From Cyanophora paradoxa CCMP329 (lineage: Eukaryota > Plantae > Glaucophyta): DNA of 64,000 nt. Every line of letters starts with the position of its first letter. Positions within the stretch are counted from its first letter, which is position 1. Position numbers and translations under genes: made by a program. Below, one piece after another: positions 26,677 through 38,800 of this stretch. Location of the stretch: the NCBI GenBank assembly GCA_004431415.1, contig QPMI01000066.1, positions 248,001 to 312,000 on the forward strand, given 5' to 3'. Below the pieces are notes generated by a model that did no database searches, was not told the origin of the DNA, and saw only the letters and a list, made by a program, of their open reading frames with translations.

Positions 26677-28507
26677 CTAGAAGCGGGCCGTCACGGAGCC
26701 CGAGGGGGCGCCGGCGGCTGCGTACGTGCGCCCCTCATACAGCTCGCGGGTCTCCACGACGCGACGGTTCCTGAGGTACGAGACTATGGGCGGCGTCGGG
26801 CCGCGGGGGCTCCACCACTCCGGCACGTAGGCCCGCCGCGCCGGGGGCTCGGGCGTCGCCGGGGGCGGGTTCAGGATGGGGTACGGGACCGAGGAGGTGT
26901 TGCGGGGCACGGGGGGCAGCGCGTTGGAGCCCCGCCGGCTGGGACGGTGCGGGGGCAGCGGCGGCTGGTCCGCCTGGTGCAGGAGCGTCCACGCGTCCTG
27001 TTCCTCGCCCCTCGGGTTGTTGTTGATCGGGTCGTACGTCGTCTCGTACATCGACTGCGTCCGCGCGGGGCGCGGCGCGCCCCCCTTCGCCCCGCCCCCG
27101 CCCCCGCCCCCGCCGCCTCCGCCCGCCTTGGGCGGGTTCTTGGGGGGCGGCACGCCCGGGATCAGGTTCCTGTACGACCTCACATAAAAATCTAATGAGA
27201 AAGTACGTTAGAATCTATTAGAAAGGCGCACGCGCGGCTGTAGAAGTTGTAGACGTCGTAGTTAATGTCCAGGGAGAGGCGGTCCTCGGGGTTCCTGGGC
27301 CGGAACTCGGCGGCCACGGTCCCGCCCTTCTCCCGGTCCACGAAGTTCGACCAGAAGGACTTCCCTGCGGCTATTTTTAGCAACGGGGGAGGGGGGGGTA
27401 CGGAACGGATCCTGAAAAAAGACGGAATGGCGTACCCCTGGTCTTGAAGGAGACGGAGGCGACGCCGACGGCGGCCTCTCCGGCGGTCGTCCTGTGCGAT
27501 TTGACGGAGCGGACGGAGGCGCGGCTGCCCGGCCCGGGGGCGCTCGGCTCAGCTCGATCCGGTTCGGATGGGCGCGGCTCGGATCTGATCTGATCTCACC
27601 TGAGGGCGCGGAGGAAGGGGTGGTGCCGGCGGGGCGACGCGGACTCGCTCCGCTCGCTCCCCGCGGGGGAGGCGCTGCGCCCCTCGCGCGGCCCCTCGTC
27701 CCGCTCGAAGGTGCGGATGTGGTCCAGCGGGTCGATGCTGATCGTCCGGTGCCCCCGCTGATGCGCATGCGGCTCCCCGAAGTGCGCGTGCTCCTGGCTG
27801 CCCCGCCTCGGCTCCCTAGGCGGCGCCGGGCGCGCGGCTGCGGCTGCAGCGGCCGCCGCCGCCTCCTCCTCCTCCTCCCGCCTCCTCCGGCGCTCCTCCT
27901 CGCGCCGCCGCTCCCGCTCGGCGCGCTCCTGCTGGATCTCGAGGAGCCGCTTCGTCGGCTTGAGCGGCGGCTGCACGACGGCTTGAGCTTGGGGGGGGAA
28001 GGAGCCGTGGGGGGGTACCGCACCTCCTCGTCGGAGTCGGGGGGGTCGTGCTCGGGCATGAGGTGGATGGCGGAGACGGGGTCGGGGAACGAGGCGGGGG
28101 CGGGCAGCGGGTCGCTCGCGTCGGGGCTGGGCTGCGGCTGGAGGGGGGCGCCGGCGCCGGCGCAGGCCGCTCGCGCAGCTGCGGGCGGGGCCGCCGGGGC
28201 GACCTGGGGCTCCGCGGCGACCGCGGGGAGCGCGGGGTCGGCAACTGGTCCGGGAGCCCGCGGGTCGTCGGCAGCTTCCGGTCGGGCAGCATCGCCCGGT
28301 CCTTGGACACCGACGCCCGGTTCTGATCCGTAATGAAGCGCTGCACGGGGCTCGATCGGCGGGGCGCAGCGCGCAGCCGCGCCGCCCGTTTACCTCGTAG
28401 GCCGAAGTCCGCGGGCTGAGCGGGTTCGAGGTCGTCCGCGGCGTCGCTTGGCCGGGACCGGACAGCAACGCAAGAAGCGCCCTAGTAGCCTTGTCCGGCG
28501 TGGCCAT
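26677..28507 (-). CDS. Hypothetical Pro/Arg-rich protein with coiled segment
   Basis: Exons with coding-like codon use: MATPDKATRALL, RFITDQNRASV, KRLLEIQQERAERERRREEE, KSFWSNFVDREK, QSMYETTYDP; one internal frame junction not resolved. Confidence 0.55.
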
Positions 28508-29076
28508 CTGGGGAGAGCCCGTCAGCGCCTCCGTGGTAGGATCATCGGATCGGCTCCGACGCGTGTCGACGATTGCTAGCGGGGCGCGTTCTGGATCCCC
28601 AATCGCAGCGCGAGCGAGCAACGGGAATCTACGATGCACTAAGGGTGCGCAGAAAGCTACAGGCCGCCCGGCATCGCGGATGGGACGAACTTGCCGGGGC
28701 GCTCGCGCTAGGCTCGGCTAGCGCGGGATCATGCTTGGGAAGGAAAGGGACGCACGAGGCTCGCCGGGAGGCCCTCTGCCGGCATCCTTGGCCGACCTAC
28801 TTTTGGCGTTGCAACTGGCCCTTTCAAGGCCCCTTGTCTCAATGGGGTACATGTTCAGGTGCAGCCGATGCTGGCAGTTAACGTTAGTCTCAGTGCGCGT
28901 GGCAGATCTAGAGGTCTTTAATTTCCGGCGAGCCTCGCATATATCTTGCCCTTGCAAGCACGATCCGCGTGCTATCTGCCTAGCTCGAGCGCTCGTCAAC
29001 TGACCTAGGCCTGGTCAATTGCAACCGCGTGGCTCGAGCTCCCTAGTCAACTGACCTGGTCAACTGACTTGTAGCC

Positions 29077-32000
29077 ATGATCGGGATTTCGGTTTTCTCG
29101 AGCCTCATTCTTCTGTCAACCGCATGCGCATTCCGCAATGGCTGCTCCTCGCGCCTCGGGAGCCGCTCCTGCGTCGTTGTCGAAGACTCTCCAGAAGGAG
29201 AGTGAGCGGCTCCGCCGCATTCACTTCAACTCCGACGAAACGGCACGCAAATTCTTTGACGCGCACAGCGCTGCGCGGGACGTTCGCCGCAAGTAAGCGC
29301 GGCCCTCGCCGGCCGGCGGCCGCGCTTTACGTTCTTACCCCGTCGTATTTGCAGATTCAAGGTCGATGACATCAACTCGGTTACCTTCGTCGTCACCGGC
29401 GTGCAAGCCTCAGGGAAGTCGACCTTCCTGGAGGCTCTCTTCAGGATGCGTGGCCTCGGCAAAACTGGCTCGGGTAAGTTGACGCTGCTTTGCCGGCGCT
29501 GCGAAACAAACTACGCCGATGCTTCACGCAGGGATGACAACAAGGGTCCCGACCGTCTACGAGATCCGTCACAACCCCGACAACAGCAAGCCGACAGCCC
29601 GCTTCTACGGCTGCGACGACCGACTTGAGTCGAAAGTGTTTACCATCGACCAGCTGGTCCCAGAAATCAACCGGCGCGTGGCTTCCCTGCCGGGCGCCGA
29701 ACAAGGCGGCATCCTCGACACCGAAATTCGCCTCCGGTGAGCCAACCGTGCCCAAGCGTGCCCGCCTCGGTTCGGCCGACCGACAGCTCGCGCCCGCAGT
29801 GTCGAGGGGCCCAACGCGAGAGATATTAACGTCATCGACTTGCCCGGTTTCCGGGGCGGCGACGACGACCCCGTTCCCGCTCTCGTCGCGCGCTACGTCG
29901 GCCGCCCCGTGCGCCACCGCCGCCCGGCCACAGTCGCCGTCGCGCGGCCTTCGCGCTCAACGTTTAACGCGACGTGGCAGAACACGGTCGCTCTGGGCTT
30001 TGAAGAAGCGACGAGGGCAAAGAGCGACGAGGTGAAGCGCCTGCTGTACGATAAGATCCCCAACCTCATTCAAGTGCGCCCTCATCCGTTCTGCGCCGTG
30101 CCCGCGCGCGGCGCCCTTGCCAAGTCGCGCCTCCGCGCCGCAGGTCTGCAACAAGCTCGACAACCTGCTTATACAAGTTCAGACGAAGGAGGACTTCCTC
30201 CGGCACCTCTCCGAGTACGAAGGCCGCACCGTCTTCTTCACGACGATGCACCTCGTCACGCCGGACGACCCGGCGCGGTCGCTGCAAGATGAGCTGGTGG
30301 AGCTTGAGCTCCGGGACCTCGCGAAGATGGAACGCCTCGGCTGCACCCTCGAGTGCGCGGCCGGCCGCCCGCACGCGCACCCTTGAGCACAGCCCGCGTC
30401 TGATGCCTGCCCCTGCGCGGCAGGGAATGCCGCCGCTGGGGCATCGGCCTCTCGCAGCTCCTCGAGCACGTGCAGAACGTGCTCATGGGCAACTTCCGCA
30501 GCTCGACCGCCCCCCTCCAAGGCCGCCTCGAGGTCCGCGCCCTCCCTTCTCCCGGCCAGGCGTCCTTCGCGCGCGACCCGCTGAGACCCGAGAGCAGGGG
30601 GAGCGCGGGAGGGTGGAGCTGGCGCTGAAGCGCGAGTCGGCGGCGCCCGCCGCGACGCTCACGCTGGCGAAGTGCGCGGAAGTGGCGGTCGAGTTCGCGG
30701 CGGCGGTGGGCCGCCAGGCGGTGTACGGCGAGCCGTCGGACGCCGGCCTCACCCTCGAGGAGGAGCTCTCCGACGATCCCGCGGAGAAAGGTCCGCCCCG
30801 CGCAGCCGAGGCGCAGCGGCAGCCGAGGCGCCCGCGACCGCAGAGCATGCCGACGCGATTCGCAAGCTCCTCGCGACGAGCATCTGCCCCGTGGACGCGG
30901 CGGAGAAGGGGGAGGGCGGCGCGGCGCTGAAGCGCGAGCGCGCGGCCACGCAGCTCGCCGGGCACCTCACCGAGATGCCCCCCATTTCGGACCCCGAGGG
31001 TGCGGCCGCAGGGGCCGGTGCCGGCTTCGCGCTGAGCTTGCCCCCGCAGTCTTCAACACCCTCGCTGAGACCCGCACCGGGGACGCCAACAACTACAACG
31101 AGGCGGTCCGGCCGCGCCGTCCCCCGCCCCGCCCGCGCCCGCTCGCTCACGGGGGCGGGGGCGGGGGCGCGCAGGCCTCCAAGATCGCGGTCAAGAAGGG
31201 CGAGGAGGCGTTCGCGCAGCAGACGGCCGGCTTCGTGGCGCACGGCAAGCGCATCGTGCAGAACGTGCTCAAGGCGAAGGTGGAGGAGTTCACGGCGCGC
31301 TACGGAAGCAGCGCCTTCTTCAAGGAGCTCCACGAGGTCGCCACGGGCCTCGTCGACGAGCGGGTGAGGAGGCCCCGGAGCCCCCCGCCTCCCGACCTGC
31401 CTTCCCCGATCCCCACCGCAGCAGACGGAGACGCTTCAGGTGTTCGCGACGCAGCGCAAGAACGACTTCGGGGTACATGCCGCCCCGCCGCCCCGCCCCG
31501 CCCCCCCGTCGTCGACCGCCTGCGGCGCAGTTTGCGCGCCAGGAAGCCCTCAACCCGACGGCGGAGCCGTTTGAGTGCGCCCCGCCCGCCGCGCCTGCTG
31601 CGGGAGTCCGGCGGCCCCGCGAGAAGCTGAGGGGGGCCGCAGCTTCAGCGACAACGTGCTGGCGCCGACGCCAGAGGCGACGATCGCGCGCGTGACGAAG
31701 CAGCTTGCGGAGCGGAAGGACCTCGCCGAGCACCTCCACCTCCCGCAGACGATCGCAAACGCCGAGGTCAAGGCCAAGGTCTACTCCGCCACGAAGGTGC
31801 GGCAGCCTCCTCCCGCCCGGCGGCGGCCCCTCGGCCTCACCCGCTCGCGCGCGCCAGAAAATGGCGGCGAACTACTTCGCTCGGGGCCGTCGCGCCTACT
31901 TTGACGCCCTGCCTGGCATCCACGCCGTCCACTTCTCGCAGCCGATGTGCGCGCCTCGCCGCGCCCCCGGCCCAGGGTCGCCCGGCGCTGACGGTCCCGC

Positions 32001-32445
32001 CCGCATTCGCCGCCACCCGCGCAGCGCCGAGCTGCTCCCCCGCAAGCTGGCGGCGAAGGTGGCGGAGCTGGTGGCGTCGGGCCAGCTGGCGGCGCTGTGC
32101 GGCGAGGAGGCCGGGGCGGCGGCGGCGCGGGCCGGCCGCGTGGAGGCCCTCCGCCAGGAGCTCTGCGAGCTCGACGCCGTCCTCGCCAAGGTCCGCGAGG
32201 CCGTCGCCGCCGCCGGCCTCGCCCCGGCCGCCCCCGCCCCGGCCCCGGCCCCGGCCCCGGCCCCGGCCGCTCCCAGGGCGGCCCTGCCGCGGGCCCCAGC
32301 ACCGCCCCGGCCCCTGCCGCTGGCCCCAGCACCGCTCCGGCCCGGCCCCTGCCGCCGCCCCGGCCCTTGCCGCCGCAGCCGCCCCGGCCCGGCCGCCGCC
32401 CCGGCCCCGGCCGCCGCCCCGGCCACCGCCGCCCGCGCGCTCTAA
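29077..32445 (+). CDS. Divergent dynamin-superfamily GTPase
   Basis: G1 VVTGVQASGKSTFLEAL, G2 MTTRVP, G3 VIDLPGF, G4 CNKLD, followed by helical stalk-like exons. Start is 29077 or 29138. Confidence 0.85.
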
Positions 32446-32936
32446 GTTGTTGCGCCTTTTTTTCAGGTGCTATTTTCAGGCCTTTATAATCTAGTTATAG
32501 CCTTTTCAGGTGATATAGCTAGTGCCGCAGTGCAAGTGTGTGTGCCACGGTGTGTTGTCTGAATTTGTGCAATCATTGAATTGATCTCCGAGGTTGTTGT
32601 TGTTGCAATTGTTTACTTCTTCTGCCTCCGATCGCGAGGCTCTCAAGCTTCAAGGCTTGGCTTGAACAGCGCGAGGCCTAGGGGATTTCGAACTCGAAAC
32701 CGCCGCCAGGTCACCGAGTCTAGACTCTTAGAGGAGGGAAGCCTTTGCATGCGCAATTGATTGCACGATCATGAATATTAATTGATCATGAGGGACCCCC
32801 CGGGATACTACGTCTACCGGCGCCGGCATACACATGGCATGATTGGAGGCTTCCGGATCCTACTGGTACTGTAGTACAGGCTCGAGCTCGCTCAGCGGCT
32901 GATGGCGAGCCTATAGCTATAGCTAGACCTCCCTAG

Positions 32937-35326
32937 GGGGTACGGAAAATTTGCGGTAGCGCGACGATTACGGCGGCGCAGCGGGCCAGGTTTCCCACCC
33001 GTGGGTTCCTGATAACGCTGCGTGTCAAGCTGCTCGGAAAGTCGCGCGCCAGCTCCACCCGACCCCCGTAGCCAGAACGCGCTAGATAGACCAGCCGGGC
33101 GTGCACGGACAGCCGACACGAGCACATCATCACCAATCGCAACCGCCGAAGTCGACAGCCCGCCCCCGGAGCGCCAGGCAGCCCCGCCAACCTCGCCGCG
33201 TCATCTTTTTTGAATTCCACTGACCCCCGGACCCCACCTGCGCCCTGCGCGGAGCGCAAAGCAATCGCCCTGCCTCTCCCGATAGACGATAAGAGCTCTT
33301 AAGCAACTGAACTGCCGCCCAGTCCCCGCGCATTGCGCCCCGATGCTGACACTCACTCACTGCCTGTCACACCGCAGACATGAGCCGATCATCCACGGAC
33401 GACACACCGGATGTCGCCGCCATGCCCGGCGAACGACGTAGACCGTGCTTGCGCGACGCTCGCCGGCGCCCAGGCCCGCGGGCCCACGCCCCCGCCCCCT
33501 TTCCCCGGACTGGGCCCAAAGGGCGCCCACCTGGACTCCTCCCCCCCCGAGGCCGGTACAGAAGCGTGTACGCTCGGACCCCCTGCCCCCCCGTCCGCAG
33601 TCCGAGCCAGACGAGGCCCGCCCGGACCCGGCCTTCAAGCCGGCCCCCGCCCTCCCGCCCCAGCGCCCCGCCCTCACCCTCCGGCTCCAGCGCCCCGCCC
33701 CCGCCCTCCGGCTCCAGCGCCCCGCCCTCGCCCTCCGGCTCCAGCGCCCCGCCCCCGCCCCCCAGCTCCAGCGCCCCGCCCCTGCCCTCCGGCTCCAGCG
33801 CCCCGCCTCGCCCTCCGGCTCCAACGCCCCGCCCCGCCCCCAGCTCCAGCGCCCCGCCCCGCCCTCCGGCTCCAACGCCCCGCCCCGCCCCCAGCTCCAG
33901 CGCCCCGCCCCGCCCTCCAGCTCCAGCGCCCCGCCCCGCCCCCAGCTCCAGCGCCCCGCCCCTGCCCTCCGGCTCCAGCGCCCCGCCCTCGCCTCCGGCT
34001 CCAACGCCCCGCCCCCGCCCCCAGCTCCAGCGCCCCGCCCCGCCCTCCGGCTCCAACGCCCGCCCCCGCCCTCCGGCTCCAGCGCCCCGCCCCCGCCCCC
34101 AGCTCCAGCGCCCCGCCCCTGCCCTCCGGCTCCAGCGCCCCGCCCTCGCCCTCCGGCTCCAACGCCCCGCCCCCGCCCCCAGCTCCAGCGCCCCGCCCCC
34201 GCCCTCCGGCTCCAACGCCCCGCCCCGCCCTCCGGCTCCAGCGCCCCGCCCCGCCCTCCGGCTCCAGCGCCCCGCCCCCGCCCTCGAGCTCCCACCCAGC
34301 GCCCCGCCCTCGCCCTCCGGCTCCAGCGCCCCGCCCCCGCCCTCCGGCTCCAGCGCCCCGCCCCCGCCCCCAGCTCCAGCGCCCCGCCCCTGCCCTCCGG
34401 CTCCAGCGTCCCGCCCCCGCCCTCCGGCTCCAACGCCCCGCCCCCGCCCCCAGCTCCAGCGCCCCGCCCCGCCCTCCGGCTCCAACGCCCCGCCCCGCCC
34501 CCAGCTCCAGCGCCCCGCCCTCGCCCTCCGGCTCCAGCGCCCAGCCCCGCCTCCCACCCAGCGCCCCGCCCCGCCCTCCGGCTCCAGCGCCCCGCCCCCG
34601 CCACCCTCTAAGTGCCCGCCGCCTTAGCGCCCCGCCGCTCCTCGCGCCCTTCCCCCGTCGCCCCCAGCGCCCCGCCGCCCCCCAGTGCCCTTCCCACGTC
34701 ACCCTCTCAGCGCCCCGCCGCCCTAGTGCCCCGCTGCTCCCCGTGCCCTTCCCCGTCGCCCCGGCGCCCCTCCGCCCCCAGCGCCCTTCCGCCGCCGCTT
34801 CCCAGGGCCCCGCCCCAGTGCTCCTCCACCCCTATAGCCCCCGCCCTTTGCCCGGCCCCCAGCGCCCCGCCCCGCCGCCCCCAGCGCCCTGCCCCGCCGC
34901 CCTCTAGCGCCCTGCCCGACCCTCGGCGCCCCGCCCCGCTCCTGGCCCGTCACCCTCCCGCCCGCCCCGCCCGCCCGCCCCCAGCTCCCGACCCCAGCGC
35001 CTCACCCCCGCCACCCTCCAGCGCTCCGTGTACCCCACTCCCTGCCCTTCTCCCCTCCCTACGCCTCGCCCCCGCCGACCCCAGCACCCGTGCGCCTCGC
35101 CTCCCCCTCCCCCCCTCTCTTCCACAGGGCCAAGGACACCAACGCATCAGGCCCTCCTAAAGCTGTAGATCGATAGCTCACAGCTAGGATAAGATAGCAG
35201 GACGTCTCCCTTCTATGCCGCAGAGCATTTGCGCTAGCCTAGGCGCCCCCCCGGTCGACGTTACCGACGGGGTGGCTGTTGTTGTCCTTAATACGACCAT
35301 TGCCCGGTTGGGCTTTTGCAAAAAAA
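32937..35326 (+). mobile_element. ~2.4-kb non-coding poly(A)-tailed insertion with 16-bp TSD, carrying a minisatellite
   Basis: AGCTAGACCTCCCTAG at 32921-32936 and 35327-35342; A8 at 35320-35327. Confidence 0.7.
33645..34605. repeat. C-rich minisatellite, ~22-27-bp unit gccctccggctcca(g/a)cgccccgccc, tens of copies, degenerating to ~35100
   Basis: Directly visible tandem array with ccggctcc/ccagctcc unit variants. Confidence 0.95.
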
Positions 35327-35501
35327 AGCTAGACCTCCCTAGACCTTGGCCTCCCTTCTGCTGTGGCCTCCCCTCGACCGCACCGCTACAGCTGAATCAA
35401 AGCCAGACGCGTCCAGCCATTCACACTTCAAACACGCACACCGTTGCACGGACATCGAGGGAGGGCGCACCAGCGCCTCGATGGGCCGGGCGGGGTCGGG
35501 G

Positions 35502-35822
35502 CTACTGGAGGGGCGCGGCGGGGCCCAGGCCCGGGGCCGCGGGCGGGGGCGGGGCGTGGATGAGCAGGGGGTGCGCCTCCGTGTTGAAGACGTATTTGTC
35601 CAGAGGGATCACCTGCAGGGAGAATTAAAGGAACGGTGAGTCTTCCGATCGCGAGGTAATATAATCCGAGCTCGAAGTATAATCTTAATCAAGCCAATCC
35701 GATCTACCCATGGCCATCTAATCCGAGCAGCTTGAGAAGACGGATTAGAATTCAGAGGGGGGCGCACGTCGTCGTCGCAGAAGAGGAGGTACAGGTACTT
35801 CATCGTCTCGGCCTGTTGCGCG

Positions 35823-35856
<34 letters not shown>

Positions 35857-38800
35857 AGGCGCGCGGTCAGCAGGGCCGGAGTGGGAGGCGGCGGGCCGGG
35901 GGCGCTCTCCGGGTAGAAGAAGAAAGAAGCACACGAAGCAGCTCTTTGGTTCTATAGAAGCTTTACATTCTATAAGAATACCTATTAAAAGAGGGGAGGG
36001 GGAGGGGGGGGTAAGAGCGCGGCCCGTAGGGCCGGAGAGGGGTTTTACATTCTATAAAAGGAGGGGGAGGGGAACTGCCGGGATGGGGGGGGGGGGGGGG
36101 GGGGAAGGGGGGGGAGGGGAGGGGGGAAGGGGGCGGGAGCGGGCGAGAAGAGAAAAACTTTAATTCATTCTATAAGTATTCTACAAGAAACAGACCATGA
36201 AGAAGGACTCCATGCGGTCGTCGAGGACGGGGGGGACGCGCCGCACGTCCCGGATCCCCGAGTACGCGATCTCCGTCCGTGCGTGCCTCTCGAAGGCCTG
36301 CGGGGCGGGTAGGACGAGGGGGAGAGGGGGGGAGGCGGGGCACATGTCGTTCAGGCCAGAGCTGAGAGCTAGGGGAGGAGGGGAGGGGGGGGGCAGGGCA
36401 CCTGGAAGATCTCCCAGCCCCACTCGCGGTACTGCGGGTCGTGGGTGTAGCGCCACAGGTAGAACAGCGACTCCACCGTCTCTGCGGGGGCGAGGGGGTG
36501 AGCGGGGAGGACGGGGAGGGGGCGGAGGCGGAGCAAGCTGCGTCGCACCGGGGCGCAGGAGGTTGTGCCACGAGTCCGTCGAGAAGTCCTGGGCCCCAGA
36601 GTAAGTAAGAGGGGCGCGGCGGGCGCGAGCTCGGCGGGGGCCAGGAGAGAGGAGAGTTAGGGTCAGAGGGGTATAGGCGGAGGAGACCTAAAGCTGAACC
36701 ACGGAGCTCTAGAGGCCTGGGGCGCTAGAGGCCTGGGGCGCGCGAAGGGGCGGGGGGACCCTGCGGACCTGGCCGGGCTGGAACTTGACGAGCTCGGGGG
36801 CGAGGCCCGTCGGCTGCCGGCGGTACATCTCCACGCACGTCACCATCAGCTCCCGAGCCATCTGACGGGAGAAATAAGAGGGCGAAGTAAGAAGCAGAAG
36901 ATTTCTCATAATCAATAAGCTATTTTAAGGAGGACTAAGTAATAAGAAGACTGGGGCGCTTTATAATGAAATCCAATCCGGTCCCCGGGGAAGGGGCGGC
37001 TTAAGACTTCAGAGCCTGCGTTGTGCTTTAAAGACTTCAATTCTTCGAGTTTACGCCTTAAGAGCTTAAGAGCGGCCCTGAGCTCTCTTAAGCTCGCGCG
37101 CCATCTGACGGGAGAAATAAGAGGGCTTAGGCCGCGGGCGCGGAGCGCGAGCTAGGGGGCGGGCGGGCGGGCGTCGAGCGCCGCGCTCCTCCGCTTTGCT
37201 TTAAAGACTTAAGGCTTACGCATTAAGAGCCTAAGAGCGGGCGGGCGGCGGGTGGGCGGGCGTCGAGCATCGAGTGCCGAGCGCGCCTGCACGTCAAGCT
37301 CTTCCGTTATGCTTTAAAGACTTTAGAAGAGCTTACGCCTTCAGAGCTTAAGGGCGGGGGGCGGGCGGGCGGGCGGGCGGGCGGGCGCCGAGCGGGCCTG
37401 CATGTGGAGCTCCTCGGTGGCGCCGGTGGCGCCGAGGGCGAGCATCGCGGGGACGAAGCACGTCAGGTGGTCCATCTTGTGCACCAGGTTCTGCGGCGGG
37501 CGGTGCGAGGCGGGCGGGGCGTGAGGCGAGAGAGGCGGGGCGGGCGCCGGGATCTAGAGGGTCGGGGGACTCTGGCCCGGCGCGCTCTTTGGGATCTAGG
37601 GGCTGTAGGGCCCAAGTGCCCGTGAGGCGAGGGGCGGGGCGCGCCGGCGCGCGGAGGCGAAGGCGCTGGGGCGGGTAGGGTCGGGAACGGCACCTTGCTC
37701 TGGTCCATCTCGGCGATGTAGAGGAGCCGGCTCGGCGACGAGCGCTGCGCGGGCGCTCAGCCGAAGTCACTGGAGGCCTAGGCGGCTTGCTAGAAGACTT
37801 AGTTATTCGTAGACTTCGGTCACTAAGACTTGCGCCGCTCGAAGCAGAGGATCTTAGGACTAAGGAGGTCAGCCGAGGTCACTGGAGGCGGCTAGCGCCG
37901 CGCCTAGCGGGAGGGACGGCATCTGCCTACGAGTCCTGAGCCGGTAGCCCTATCCATGGTCTCTGGTCGAGCGGGCGGGCGGGCGTGCGGGCGGGCCGGG
38001 GTGTCTAGATCTAATCTCGATGTAGCTTGAATTAGATCCGAGAGGCGGGCGCTGTGTGCTCTGCTCTGCTCTGCTCTACTTTGCGCTGCGGGGGCGGATG
38101 TGCGGTCCTAGGCTTCCTAGATCTAATCTTTCTGGATCTAATCTCTCTAAACCCAAGTCTTTCGGGCTCAGATCTAATCTTTCTTTCTCCTCTCATCTCG
38201 GGCCTGTATGAGACGGCGGGCGACGGGCGCCCGGGGCGCTATGCTCTGCTCTGCTTTCTAGATCTAATCTTTCTAGAAAGATAGATCTAGATCGCAAAGC
38301 AAAGAATCTTTCTAGATCTTTGCTTTCTATCTTTCCCCTCTAATCTTTCGGACCTGAATGAGGCGGCGGGCGACGCCGTCCATGGACTTGTCGTAGAGGC
38401 GGCGGAACATGCCCGCCTCGGGGGCCCGCCCCGAGAGCACCCACATCTGACGGCGAGCGTGAGGCGGGGGCGCGGGGGCGGGGCCGGGGGCGGGGCCGGG
38501 GGCGGGGCGCAGGGGCGTCGCCTCGCGGAGTGCTCTTATCGCTCTAAGGCTCTAAGGGAAAGCGGGGCGGGGGCGGCGAGTGAGGCGGGGCGGAGCGGGG
38601 CGAAGAGGCGTCTCCTCGCGGAGGGCTCCGGTCGCTTTCGTGTCGCTCTAAGGGACGGGCAGAGGGGAAAGGGGCGGCGGGACGGGGGAGCTTTCGTATC
38701 GCTCTTTTCGGGGAAGGTGGGGGGGGGAGGGGGGAGGGGGGAGGGGGGGAGGGGGGGAGGGGGGCGTGCCTTGAGGAAGTACTCGTACGCCGAGTCGCCC

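Noticed and set aside
33357-34907. Several 340-500 aa ORFs in multiple frames on both strands
   Set aside because: They are translations of a stop-free minisatellite.
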